64,000 bases of DNA from an uncultured virus (IMG/VR IMGVR_UViG_3300025277_002331). Taxonomy: Duplodnaviria > Heunggongvirae > Uroviricota > Caudoviricetes. Under the pieces are notes generated by a model, which saw only the letters and a program-made list of their open reading frames with translations, made no database searches and was not told the origin of the DNA. The position numbers and the translations under genes are program-made. The stretch lies in IMG/VR virus record IMGVR_UViG_3300025277_002331, positions 1 through 64,000 of that record; one strand, written 5' to 3'. Positions 55,154 to 64,000 of this stretch are shown here, in pieces (the stretch's first letter is position 1; each line of letters starts with the position of its first letter).

Positions 55154-57076
55154 TTAAACCTCGATTACTCCACATGATAATTGACTACTAATACCCATAA
55201 TTTTATCCAAAAGGTTTACACCCAAAATATCAAACTTGACATGCCCCATGGCTTCCAAGTCAACCATTTCTAATCCAGCTATCTTGTCAGACCCCTTTGA
55301 TTCTCTAATCATCGGACAGACTTTATCTAGATTGTGCGAGGAAATGACCACGCCAGCGGCATGCTTGCCTTGGGATTTATAAGTTCCTTCAATTCTCATT
55401 GCTTGTTGAAAAAGTTTTGCGTATGTGCCGACTAAATTATTTTCTTTGTCTAGCCTACAATAGTCTTTAAGCTCTTCAGGTGTGTTAATTAAAGCCCACA
55501 TAATTATTGAAGGCTCTTCCATGTCCTGAAGTTGGTCAGAAATTTCGTGCTCTTGTGGAAGCGTTTTAGTTATGGCATTCATTTCGTCGTATGAACAGGC
55601 GTCGTGCGCTCTAAGAACTTCTTTTAATGCGCTTCTTCCCTGAAGCTTTAAGAAGGTAATCATCTGTCCGACATTGTAATGGCCATATTTTGAGCGAATA
55701 TATTTTATAACTTCGTCTCTTTTTGTGGCGGGAACATCTATATCAATATCAGGTAAAGAAATATGTCCGTCTGTATTTCTTCCGGCGTTATAGAATCTCT
55801 CAAAAATTAAGCCGAATTCTACGGGGTCCACCTGAGTGATGCCTATTAAGTATGAGATTAAGCTTCCGGCAGCCGACCCTCTCCCCGGACCCGGAAGCCA
55901 TCCTTCTTGCCTGACATAATTAACTATGTCTCTAACGATTAGGAAATATCCAGCTAGATTAGCGTCCTTGATTACTTCTAATTCTTTTTTGATTGTTTCC
56001 AAATATGTCTGTGTAGAATGTTCATCTGATATCTTGCCCGATTTTATGAGCAATCTCTTCCACCCGTCTCTACACAAAGAGCGAAGATATGCGTCTTCAC
56101 TAAGGCTGTCTGGACATGAAAACTTTGGAAGAATAGGATGCCCTAATATATTATATTCTTCACACAAGCCAGATATCACACGTGTGTTTAATATCTCCTC
56201 TTTTGTATGAAGGGGTTCAATCTCTTCCGGTGTTGGTATGTGGTAATTATCAGACCTAAAGAAACCGGAAAGACCTATATCGCTTCCTTCATTTAGCTTT
56301 TGCTCGACCTTTTGCAATGTAGTTTTCATCGCTGAGCAAAGAAGCATGCGTTGGTCTGGGGCATCTTCCTTGGTGGGATAGTGGGAGTCAGCCGTGGCAA
56401 CAGGAGGAGTTCCACTCTTGGAGCTAAGGCTTCTTAGGCATTCTGCTATTAACTCGGAGGCGGGGAAGTTCTCTTTATCTATAAGCTGAATTTCAATATA
56501 GAAGTTTTCCTTGCCAAATATATTTATATACTTAGACAGAAGAATACTGGCCTCTTCAAACCAATTTCTTTTAAGGTGCTTGGCCGCTTCTTCATATGAC
56601 TTAGAATTATAAGCCTTTTTCCAATTAACAAAAAGAACATTGGCGAGGTCGCTGCCGGGATGTCCGCTAAAAGCTATTAAGTTTTGATTCTTGTTAAGCT
56701 CTTCTAGAATACTTAAATCAATTCTAGGTCTAAAATAGAACACATCTTCATCATTGCTTCTTGAAACTATCGAAATTAAGTCTAACCAACCATCTTTATT
56801 TTTTGCGAGAACCACAAGATGGCTAAGTGTTCTGTTTTCTTTATCTTGAATTGTTGCCGAGTCTTGAGAAAGATACAGTTCACATCCCAAGATGGGTTTG
56901 ATTCCCTTCTCTTTCATCGCTTTGACAAAAGAGACGGCTCCAGATATTGTTCCATGGTCTGTAAGGGCACAAACATCGTATCCGAGAGTCTCGCATCTGT
57001 CAGATATCTGGCCGGGCTTAGACAGACCATCCAGCAAGCTATAGTGGCTGTGCAAATGTAGAGGAACCCAAGTCAT
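55154..57076 (-). CDS. dnaE: DNA polymerase III alpha subunit, N-terminal part (PHP + palm)
   Basis: HLHSHYSLLDG, TDHG, ADSHY, GPGRGSAAGS, PDIDID, HAAG, KFDILG. Confidence 0.92.
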   Translation of the reverse strand: MTWVPLHLHSHYSLLDGLSKPGQISDRCETLGYDVCALTDHGTISGAVSFVKAMKEKGIKPILGCELYLSQDSATIQDKENRTLSHLVVLAKNKDGWLDLISIVSRSNDEDVFYFRPRIDLSILEELNKNQNLIAFSGHPGSDLANVLFVNWKKAYNSKSYEEAAKHLKRNWFEEASILLSKYINIFGKENFYIEIQLIDKENFPASELIAECLRSLSSKSGTPPVATADSHYPTKEDAPDQRMLLCSAMKTTLQKVEQKLNEGSDIGLSGFFRSDNYHIPTPEEIEPLHTKEEILNTRVISGLCEEYNILGHPILPKFSCPDSLSEDAYLRSLCRDGWKRLLIKSGKISDEHSTQTYLETIKKELEVIKDANLAGYFLIVRDIVNYVRQEGWLPGPGRGSAAGSLISYLIGITQVDPVEFGLIFERFYNAGRNTDGHISLPDIDIDVPATKRDEVIKYIRSKYGHYNVGQMITFLKLQGRSALKEVLRAHDACSYDEMNAITKTLPQEHEISDQLQDMEEPSIIMWALINTPEELKDYCRLDKENNLVGTYAKLFQQAMRIEGTYKSQGKHAAGVVISSHNLDKVCPMIRESKGSDKIAGLEMVDLEAMGHVKFDILGVNLLDKIMGISSQLSCGVIEV

Positions 57077-57079
57077 GGC

Positions 57080-58099
57080 TTACCCCGGTGCTGAGTAATA
57101 TCCAAGAGTGAAACCTTCTTTAGTACACTCATCAACAGTCTGATTTATTCCGTCTTTGTTTATCTTATCTTTTATGTGAGAACACATCCGCTGGTTTGTA
57201 CCTTGCCAGTTGTTTTTATAATAGTGGCAAAGCTTAGTACATTTCCAATGGTTGTGGTCCTCTGAAAGAAGCTTGGGAGACTGGTTATTTTTTATCTCTT
57301 CAAATCTATTCTTTAGCATGTCTAAAAATAGCTTCTTATCAGATTCGTCAAAACAAAGCGAGAACGGACCTCCGTCTCGGATATAAAAGATGGTCATTAT
57401 GGTCTGCTCATAGTTTGGGAAAAGATGAGACAGCGCATAATGATAAAGCAGAAGCTGTGGGTCTTTAGAGAGCTTGTCGTAGTCCTTCTCTTGACCCGTT
57501 GCCCAATCTATTCTTCTGCCGGTTTTCCAGTCTACGGCCTCCATAACCCCATCGGAGACCTCTGTGACCAAATCTATAGTCCCCTTGATTGCGAGGTGTC
57601 CACTGACCTCGGACCCATCAGGCATAGTGTAGTCGTATTTAGCCCAAGGCTCTTTAATCTCGATATCGAAATGAGGCTCTGGGGCAACGACGTTTCTGTT
57701 TCTGGGGTCAAACTGGCCTTGATTAAATTCCAAGGCTGCGTGGGACCACTTCACGCAGTCCTTGTAATCCCTAGGGGCGTATTTATGCACCGACTCAGAA
57801 ACGTAGTGCTCGTAGCTCTTGTCTATTAAAGAGTCAACATACTTAGAAGACAGCATCTTGTCCTTGGTAATTCTAATTCTTCCCAAGGAGTCATCTTTGT
57901 AACTCTTTTTATTATCTTGAACGGCCTTCTTTGAACGGGCCAAGCATTCCATAACCTTATGAACAATGGTTCCCATCTCGGCCTTTTTACTAGAACCAGA
58001 GGGGTAACCAAGAACATAGTTTATAAAGTACTGTTGTTGACAGAAGTCATAATTATTATAAGAAGAGCTTCTTATGTAAGTAACGTACACTATTTCCAT
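57080..58099 (-). CDS. Cas4/RecB-like PD-(D/E)xK exonuclease
   Basis: GTIVH, GTIDLV, VDWKTG, QLLLY; 1+3 Cys pattern. Confidence 0.8.
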   Translation of the reverse strand: MEIVYVTYIRSSSYNNYDFCQQQYFINYVLGYPSGSSKKAEMGTIVHKVMECLARSKKAVQDNKKSYKDDSLGRIRITKDKMLSSKYVDSLIDKSYEHYVSESVHKYAPRDYKDCVKWSHAALEFNQGQFDPRNRNVVAPEPHFDIEIKEPWAKYDYTMPDGSEVSGHLAIKGTIDLVTEVSDGVMEAVDWKTGRRIDWATGQEKDYDKLSKDPQLLLYHYALSHLFPNYEQTIMTIFYIRDGGPFSLCFDESDKKLFLDMLKNRFEEIKNNQSPKLLSEDHNHWKCTKLCHYYKNNWQGTNQRMCSHIKDKINKDGINQTVDECTKEGFTLGYYSAPG

Positions 58100-58713
58100 C
58101 CCAATGCGGAGGCGGTAATGGGGAACTGCTCAACAAAAATGCCCTTGATTTCACTTGCTATGTCCTGATGCTCTTTCTGAGTTGACTCGTGGGTTCTTAG
58201 CTGGATATAATGAACCCAACTTCTTACAGTACCATTCATGTACATTCGAGTTTTTGTATTGAGTGGTAGAAAAAATCTAGCGCTTTCTTTTGCTATCCCT
58301 CTCTTAAGCGCCTCCTTGTACTTGGAATAAGACCTTCTGTTCTCTTCCTTTAGGGCTATCTTATACCACTCTTTATCATGTTTTGACAAATCGTCTAGTG
58401 AGTTCTGACGATTCTTATTGTCTTGTCTTCTGGGTTTAATATCTTCAAAGCCTTCGACCTCTGCATATCGCTGGCTAAACTCTTGGAAAGAAAAGCTTCT
58501 GTGTCTAAGAATTTGGGCAGCTACTCCTCTGGTGGTATTGATTTCTATCACCATGTTTGCCATTTCAAATATTGACCAATGACCATGCTTTATGCAAAAG
58601 CCAAGAAGGTTTTCAACATTAAGATTTTCCTGATTTTTTGGATTGCTCACTCTGGCGCAATATCCAATAATAATTTCAGGGTTCGGGGTAACAGAGACAA
58701 GCCTAGCGGCCAT
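58090..58713 (-). CDS. thyX: Flavin-dependent thymidylate synthase
   Basis: HWSIFE, QILRHRSFSFQEFSQRY, ESARFFLP, TQKEH. Confidence 0.95.
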   Translation of the reverse strand: MAARLVSVTPNPEIIIGYCARVSNPKNQENLNVENLLGFCIKHGHWSIFEMANMVIEINTTRGVAAQILRHRSFSFQEFSQRYAEVEGFEDIKPRRQDNKNRQNSLDDLSKHDKEWYKIALKEENRRSYSKYKEALKRGIAKESARFFLPLNTKTRMYMNGTVRSWVHYIQLRTHESTQKEHQDIASEIKGIFVEQFPITASALGWK

Positions 58714-59050
58714 ATTTATCCTTAAGCCTTTCTATGTCGTCTTCACAACATGTTCCATGTTGCATTTCATATATGACCAAAGGCTCATTGCCAGTATTTA
58801 CAACGTTGTGGACCACGTTCATTGGGATGTGTACGTTGTAACCCGGAGAAATTTTCCACACTGTTTGATTATAAACCATAGTACCATTACCAGACACGCA
58901 ATACCAAAACTCACCACGCTTCTGGTGTCTTTGTAAAGATAGTTCTCCATCAACGTTAACGGTAATCTTTTTGAAGACTACCACATCTTCTCTGTATATA
59001 TCTTCATAAAAGCCCCAAGGCTTTTCTATTTTAGCTCCGAGCTTAGCCAT
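58703..59050 (-). CDS. Mannose-6-phosphate isomerase type II-like cupin
   Basis: KPWG, LSLQRHQKRGEFW, EMQHG..EDDIERLKDKYGR. Confidence 0.85.
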   Translation of the reverse strand: MAKLGAKIEKPWGFYEDIYREDVVVFKKITVNVDGELSLQRHQKRGEFWYCVSGNGTMVYNQTVWKISPGYNVHIPMNVVHNVVNTGNEPLVIYEMQHGTCCEDDIERLKDKYGR

Positions 59051-59772
59051 CCCCATCCCCCTAAAATAGCTATTAGTTTTTTACATTGTTCGTCCACAGT
59101 TAATTCTGAGTTGTCAATAACACCATCAAATTCTTTAAAATCGTCTAATGCAGTTTCGCTTTCGTGTTCGTCTTCGTTAACTCTTCTCGTTAGCCTTATA
59201 ACCCTGCCGCCAGCTTTGTGGATGGCATTCACCTCGTTGGGGAATCTACAGTCTCCAACTAAAGCAAGACCCACCTGCTCAGCAGACATTTGTCTTATTA
59301 GATAGGATGTCCAGATGTCTGGCTTAAGACTTCGGCACATGTCTGTTCCGAAATGCTGTAAGAATCCCCTTGCGGTAAAGTTCTCATCAGTACCCGGTTT
59401 TTTAATATCTATCTCTTCATTTTTCTGAGAGCCAGTTCCGTAGCACTGTTCTCTGGTCAATCCAAAAAGTGTCATGGCTACAGATTTCAGTGAGTCGGCA
59501 AAGTTGTATGCTTTTACATAAGGCCAGACTCTTTGTGCTGCGTAATTAGCGAAATCGTCATCTGTTCTGTGGACATCAAAAACACCCATTCCCTCTGTTT
59601 CTTCGCCTTTCTCGTCAGTAAATATGGTGTTGACTAAAAGCCCCCCTCTGTCGTTAAGCTCAAAGTGTTTGATGACATCGTTACGTTTCATCTCGTATCC
59701 ATGCATGAAGTTAACGCACGTAGTCTTTCCGCTGCGCTTTACTCCAGAAAGTCCGAGTATTCTATGGTTCAT
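59026..59772 (-). CDS. Deoxynucleoside monophosphate kinase
   Basis: GVKRSGKTT, FADSLK, LQHFGTD, DCRFPNE, HESE. Confidence 0.85.
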   Translation of the reverse strand: MNHRILGLSGVKRSGKTTCVNFMHGYEMKRNDVIKHFELNDRGGLLVNTIFTDEKGEETEGMGVFDVHRTDDDFANYAAQRVWPYVKAYNFADSLKSVAMTLFGLTREQCYGTGSQKNEEIDIKKPGTDENFTARGFLQHFGTDMCRSLKPDIWTSYLIRQMSAEQVGLALVGDCRFPNEVNAIHKAGGRVIRLTRRVNEDEHESETALDDFKEFDGVIDNSELTVDEQCKKLIAILGGWGWLSSELK

Positions 59773-60818
59773 ACCAAACCCTCAAGCTGAGGCAAAAGGT
59801 TAGACTTTATATCTTCTACCTTCATATCTCCCACATCTTTACTGTTGGAGGATGGGAAGTACAAGTTAAATAGTTTGTCACACTTTTGTTTGATTTTTTC
59901 TTTGCCAACCTGACCGGCCTCGTCAGAATCTGTGAGAACAACAAGATTCAAGGCTCCAGACCTTTCTAATATTATACGCTGTTGCTCGCTCAAAGAACAA
60001 CCAAACATTCCAACAGCGTTGAAAATTCCTGCCTCACCCAGTCTCCAGACATCTCCCTGACCCTCCACAAGTATGGCCGTCTTGCTTTTCAGGACATGTT
60101 CTTTTGCATACCAGTAGTTATATAAGCAGGTGCTTTTTTTGAATCCCTTGCTATTTATCCACTTTCCCATTGTATTGCTATTGGTTCTTCTTCCTACACA
60201 TCCAATCATATATTCATGATTGTCATCATATACAGGAACAACCACCCTGCTGTACATTGGCTTGCTTCTATCGTTACAGTATCCCACATCATATTTATCT
60301 AGAGTTTCCGGCAGAAACCCTCTATTAAGATAGTACTCAGATGGGATAGATATTCTTTCTCTTACTCTCTCTCTGGTTATATTTGTTTTGTTCTGCTCTG
60401 TACCCTGATTTAAAACATTTACGGAAGAAAGAAATTCTCTGCTCGTCTTTGGTGGAGGGGGTGGTTCTAGTATGTCCTCCCCAATAAATTTTTCACAGAA
60501 GCTGACCACTTCTGAGAAAGAGGCGTCGTCGCCTTTCTCTATGCTCAGAAGTCCTCGGATAAGACCCAAGATATCATTGTAATATTCTTTTTCACATGCC
60601 CTTGTCCAGCATCTCCAGAAGCCTAGATATTCTTCGTCGCCATCAATAGTTATAGTAAAGCCGGTAGGGTTATCGCCGCCATGTATAGGACATGGGCAAG
60701 AAATCCACTCGTCGTATTCTCTGTATTCGATATTAAAATAGTCAAGTATATCTCTAATTCTTGACTTCATATGGCCTTGAAGATGTTCTATCTTAGGGTT
60801 GCTATTTTTTTCCTTCAT
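59769..60818 (-). CDS. dnaG: DNA primase (Zn finger + TOPRIM)
   Basis: CPIHGGDN..CWTRAC, VEGQGD, DSDEAG. Confidence 0.85.
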   Translation of the reverse strand: MKEKNSNPKIEHLQGHMKSRIRDILDYFNIEYREYDEWISCPCPIHGGDNPTGFTITIDGDEEYLGFWRCWTRACEKEYYNDILGLIRGLLSIEKGDDASFSEVVSFCEKFIGEDILEPPPPPKTSREFLSSVNVLNQGTEQNKTNITRERVRERISIPSEYYLNRGFLPETLDKYDVGYCNDRSKPMYSRVVVPVYDDNHEYMIGCVGRRTNSNTMGKWINSKGFKKSTCLYNYWYAKEHVLKSKTAILVEGQGDVWRLGEAGIFNAVGMFGCSLSEQQRIILERSGALNLVVLTDSDEAGQVGKEKIKQKCDKLFNLYFPSSNSKDVGDMKVEDIKSNLLPQLEGLV

Positions 60819-62316
60819 CGATGATTTCCGATAGCCTCTCCAAGCTTTGGTCTGTATCTTCTTCCGCCTGTGACTCAATATCGTCATTGACTATAAACCC
60901 TTCATCCTTCTCTTTGGTTTTCAATTTAACTTCGTTTCTAGTTTTTCCCTCAATAAGCTTAGCTTGCTCTCCGTACATCGTCATGTTTATATAGTCAGTA
61001 TCACTAAGCGCTGGCCCATGGCGACATATGATTGGAACCAATTTCTTGTTTCCATTATCATCACCGTCTTCTGCTACTTCTTCTATGCTCTTATTTTTAA
61101 AGATGGAAAAACTTGTACAGAGCCAGATGAGCCTGTCGGACCCACTAACAACATCGGTAGTCTCTCTGGTTATGCCATCTCTATTTAACTGGACAAAGGA
61201 CAAACACGGACAGTCGTATTGAACACAGAAGTTGTGGAGAGATGTCATCTGGAAACCAAGGACTTGAAACTCCCTGAGACTATCGCTAATTTGTCCAGAA
61301 GACATTAGTTTCAGATAGTCGTATACAATCAAACAATCGTTTACTCGCCCATTTTTATCAAAGCCAACCTTCTGGAAAATCCACCTTCTCATAATAGAAA
61401 GGGTTTCTTCAAAAGACCTTCCAGCTATACTGATATAGTCATACGGGATGTCCTGAACTTCGCTTGCGGCTTCTTTTACTTTAGACCTAACACAGTCATT
61501 TTCTGCAAAGCTTCCAGTAGAAATATCATTGATGCTGGTATCACTAAGGTTGGCAAGAATCCTGTTTAGGTGGTCCTCCTTTGACATTTCGGTGTCCAGC
61601 ATAAGGACGGGTATCTTGAGCTTCCCTGACACATGAAGGGCTACATTTTCTGCAAATACGCTCTTTCCTACTTTGGGCCTTGCCGCAACTAAGTCAACAC
61701 ACTTTCTTCTAAACCCGCCACCTATGGCTTCATCATACCTTGCATACCCACTAGAGATTCCAACCATCTCGGTTGGATTTTCTTCCAAGTGTGCAATATA
61801 CTCTTCTATCTCTGAACCAATCTTGTTAGGTTTGTCATCATCAGACCTATTAAAAGCGTGGGACAACTCCATGATTGGAGCTTCCGCAATGCTAATTATT
61901 TCGTTTACACTTTCGTCTCCGGTGATATCAGAGATGTTGGCGTGGACAATTTTTACTTGTCTTTGTATGTCTCTAGCTAGTTGAAGTTTTCTTATCTTGA
62001 CTGCGTGGTTTCTTACATTCTCCAATTCGATTGGAAAATTATACACTCCACGAAGATGTTCTACTGCCTCTTTGTCTTTAAAGTTTTCACCAAATCCTAA
62101 GTCGTTTGCTGCGGCAAGTACAGATGATATATCTATTACTGAAGATTCTTCAAATACCTTCTTTAGGCATTTGTAGATTATCTGATTTTCTTCGATAACA
62201 AAACTGTCTGACTCTACTATACCGTCTACATCTACAAAGGCATCTATACCATGGGAACATATTCCAGACAGAACCGCCCTTTCTGCCGCCGGATTATGCA
62301 ACATGCTTTGCGACAT
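60802..62316 (-). CDS. dnaB: Replicative DNA helicase
   Basis: AERAVL, ARPKVGKS (Walker A), DTEM, VYDYL, QLNR. Confidence 0.92.
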   Translation of the reverse strand: MSQSMLHNPAAERAVLSGICSHGIDAFVDVDGIVESDSFVIEENQIIYKCLKKVFEESSVIDISSVLAAANDLGFGENFKDKEAVEHLRGVYNFPIELENVRNHAVKIRKLQLARDIQRQVKIVHANISDITGDESVNEIISIAEAPIMELSHAFNRSDDDKPNKIGSEIEEYIAHLEENPTEMVGISSGYARYDEAIGGGFRRKCVDLVAARPKVGKSVFAENVALHVSGKLKIPVLMLDTEMSKEDHLNRILANLSDTSINDISTGSFAENDCVRSKVKEAASEVQDIPYDYISIAGRSFEETLSIMRRWIFQKVGFDKNGRVNDCLIVYDYLKLMSSGQISDSLREFQVLGFQMTSLHNFCVQYDCPCLSFVQLNRDGITRETTDVVSGSDRLIWLCTSFSIFKNKSIEEVAEDGDDNGNKKLVPIICRHGPALSDTDYINMTMYGEQAKLIEGKTRNEVKLKTKEKDEGFIVNDDIESQAEEDTDQSLERLSEIIDEGKK

Positions 62317-62780
62317 TAACCGACACACCTTTCACATACGTAAAAATCCCTCTTAAGGGATGGGCTAACTTTATAACTTTTTTGACACTTACTACACGTT
62401 ACATCTGCTTTGATTGACTTCCTTCTGGTTCTAGGAACCGGCGGATTGGCAGAATCATCTATAAGATTTTTTTTATCTTCTGATACAATAGACCCATCAT
62501 CAGTCCATTCGTTTTCTCTCTCTCCTCTATAAATCGGTTCAGACCTAGTTCTTCCTCCTGTGGAAGACTGGACCGTCTCTTCGCTTCGGGCCGGGGCTAT
62601 GAAATCTTCTTTGTGAGATGAAACAACTTCATCCGCGAGGGGATGTTTTTCCAGTTTAGGCTCGACTTCATCAGAGTTATGTTCTACACTCTCCCCTGTT
62701 AAACTTTTAAACCCATCTGCTACGACACTCATGTCGTTTTTCTGAATGCCTTCCCTTATTAAGTCAATGGGACTGCTCAT
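62316..62780 (-). CDS. Hypothetical protein with C-terminal Zn ribbon
   Basis: CSKC...CERC. Confidence 0.6.
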   Translation of the reverse strand: MSSPIDLIREGIQKNDMSVVADGFKSLTGESVEHNSDEVEPKLEKHPLADEVVSSHKEDFIAPARSEETVQSSTGGRTRSEPIYRGERENEWTDDGSIVSEDKKNLIDDSANPPVPRTRRKSIKADVTCSKCQKSYKVSPSLKRDFYVCERCVG

Positions 62781-63265
62781 GAGTATGCCTTCCTCTTACT
62801 TAGTTCTGTTAAAACATCTGCCATCTTTCTGACATCTCTTATTTTTTCCTGAAGTCTATCTACCCTTGCTTGTGCGTGCTTTCTAATTGTTTCTAGTTTT
62901 TCTGCAAACGGATTTTGATTAATAATTTGCTGCTGTTTTATATCATGCTTAGTGTACTTGCCATACTGGTCAATCTCTACAGAAACTATTCTTCTTATAT
63001 TGTCTAAAGCAAAGTTTAGCTTTACTATGTTCTGGTTATGCTCGTCTTGCAGGTAGTTAGCATAGCCATGAAGAACATATGATTTATGCAAGCACTCTTC
63101 AGACGTTAACCTAGAAAGAGCCTCTGTAGTAAGATTTAAAGCCTCTGCCGCCTCTAGGTTAAAACCTACGACGTTCAGAGACTTTGAGTTTATGTAGTTG
63201 TCTACAGCTTGTTCGAATTTAGCCAGACGTTCCGATGGCGTTAAGGATTGATTTTCTCCACTCAT
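62777..63265 (-). CDS. Hypothetical helical protein (possible recombination mediator)
   Basis: Coiled-coil-like 162 aa between recA and dnaB; function inferred from position only. Confidence 0.5.
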   Translation of the reverse strand: MSGENQSLTPSERLAKFEQAVDNYINSKSLNVVGFNLEAAEALNLTTEALSRLTSEECLHKSYVLHGYANYLQDEHNQNIVKLNFALDNIRRIVSVEIDQYGKYTKHDIKQQQIINQNPFAEKLETIRKHAQARVDRLQEKIRDVRKMADVLTELSKRKAYS

Positions 63266-63653
63266 CTGGACCTTCTCTGTAATCTAGTACCGCCATGTAA
63301 ATATTATTAATACTGCACCATTCTTGTTTGTCTCTGTCCCTAGCCTTTGATTGATAAAAGTCTCTCTTGCTCTTATGGTAAAATTCATTATATGAATAGT
63401 GCTGCTCTCCGTGAACTTCTACTACTAGTGGTCTATCTGGGATAAAGAAATCTGCATATAATATAGAATTTCTAGTCGCAGTCCTTGTACCGGGAAGGGA
63501 AACTTCCTCAAGTATTATAGACCGTGGGAACAGGTCACGCAAGGTCAATCTGGCCAGTTTGTGGGGAGCGGAAGCCTTGCGAGAACGGCGTCGTTTGGAG
63601 TCCTTGGAGAAGTTCCATCCGCGTTCCCTCCCGTCCAACCCGACTACCCTCAC
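63219..63653 (-). CDS. Vsr/DUF559-like endonuclease
   Basis: YADFFIP..VVEVHGEQH, RDRDKQEWC. Confidence 0.7.
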   Translation of the reverse strand: MRVVGLDGRERGWNFSKDSKRRRSRKASAPHKLARLTLRDLFPRSIILEEVSLPGTRTATRNSILYADFFIPDRPLVVEVHGEQHYSYNEFYHKSKRDFYQSKARDRDKQEWCSINNIYMAVLDYREGPDEWRKSILNAIGTSG

Positions 63654-64000
63654 AGCATCTCCCTGATATCATTCTCAAGAATTTCCATAAGGAAGCTGTT
63701 CCCTTCTAAGAAGTTGTACAGACGCTCCTGTCCTTGAAATTTAAAGAACTTGGTCACTGATTCTATGTTTGATGAGTCAACTTCATTATCAGAAAGAAGC
63801 TTGGAAACAGACGGGTTGATAAGATTCTTCTCTTCTTCTAGAACGAAATCACACTTATACCAAGAGCCAGCTTTTGAAACCAAGCCAAACTCAAGAGCCA
63901 TGTTTATGATTTCTTGAGTCCTATCTATTCCAATTCCGTATTTAATCCAGCTTTGAGCCTCGCCTCCGGGGAACCCACCGGCAGAGGAGCAGAGGACTCT
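63650..64000 (-). CDS. recA: RecA-like recombinase, C-terminal part (gene starts beyond the window)
   Basis: Frame open from base 64000: ...FPGGEAQSWIKYGIGIDRTQEIINMALEFGLVSKAGSWY, matching the RecA C-terminal YGxGID/KxGxWY motifs. Confidence 0.8.
   Translation of the reverse strand, partial: RVLCSSAGGFPGGEAQSWIKYGIGIDRTQEIINMALEFGLVSKAGSWYKCDFVLEEEKNLINPSVSKLLSDNEVDSSNIESVTKFFKFQGQERLYNFLEGNSFLMEILENDIREML

Noticed and set aside
52131..57076. Split-intein DnaE as in cyanobacteria
   Set aside because: No intein N- or C-terminal motifs; both halves end and start in ordinary DnaE sequence.
57080..58099. Cas4-like nuclease as evidence of a CRISPR-Cas system
   Set aside because: No repeat-spacer array or other cas genes; solo Cas4/RecB-like nucleases are common in phage replication modules.
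865..63709. Many short antisense or alternate-frame ORFs in the six-frame track
   Set aside because: They are nested in long motif-bearing genes and show no recognisable motifs.
1..64000. Stop-codon reassignment or tRNA genes, as seen in some large phages
   Set aside because: Genes are full length under the standard code with TAA/TAG/TGA all used as stops, and no tRNA-like sequence was seen in the tiny intergenic gaps.

Overview
A fragment of a large tailed dsDNA bacteriophage genome (standard genetic code, densely packed, no tRNA/rRNA/CRISPR seen), in two convergent arms meeting at a bidirectional terminator near 26.8 kb. The + arm (1-26.8 kb) begins with a giant tape-measure-like protein (>3,900 aa, open at the window edge). 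It carries recognisable ADP-ribosyltransferase-like, P-loop kinase and GNAT domains separated by [F/L]xxGG linkers. Three probable tail genes follow, then glycosyltransferase/methyltransferase genes surrounding a Ser/Cys-rich protein. The - arm (64-26.9 kb) carries a replication module (recA, dnaB, primase, dNMP kinase, thyX, Cas4/RecB-like nuclease, a dnaE split into two intein-less genes, DEDDh exonuclease, ssb, sigma factor). It continues into a ~22 kb glycan pathway: GT4/GT2 enzymes, GDP-fucose synthase, NeuB-NeuA plus a GT29 sialyltransferase, a sulfotransferase, dehydratase/aminotransferase/ketoisomerase/deacetylase, methyltransferases and a 2OG dioxygenase. The best candidates for an undescribed system are (1) a tape measure acting as an effector polyprotein and (2) a phage-autonomous sialyl/fucosyl/sulfo-glycosylation system with no export machinery, plausibly decorating the virion. 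Also notable are an A9 slippage site that would fuse two genes and apparent avoidance of GATC and CCWGG. All calls come from motif reading by eye; no searches were run.
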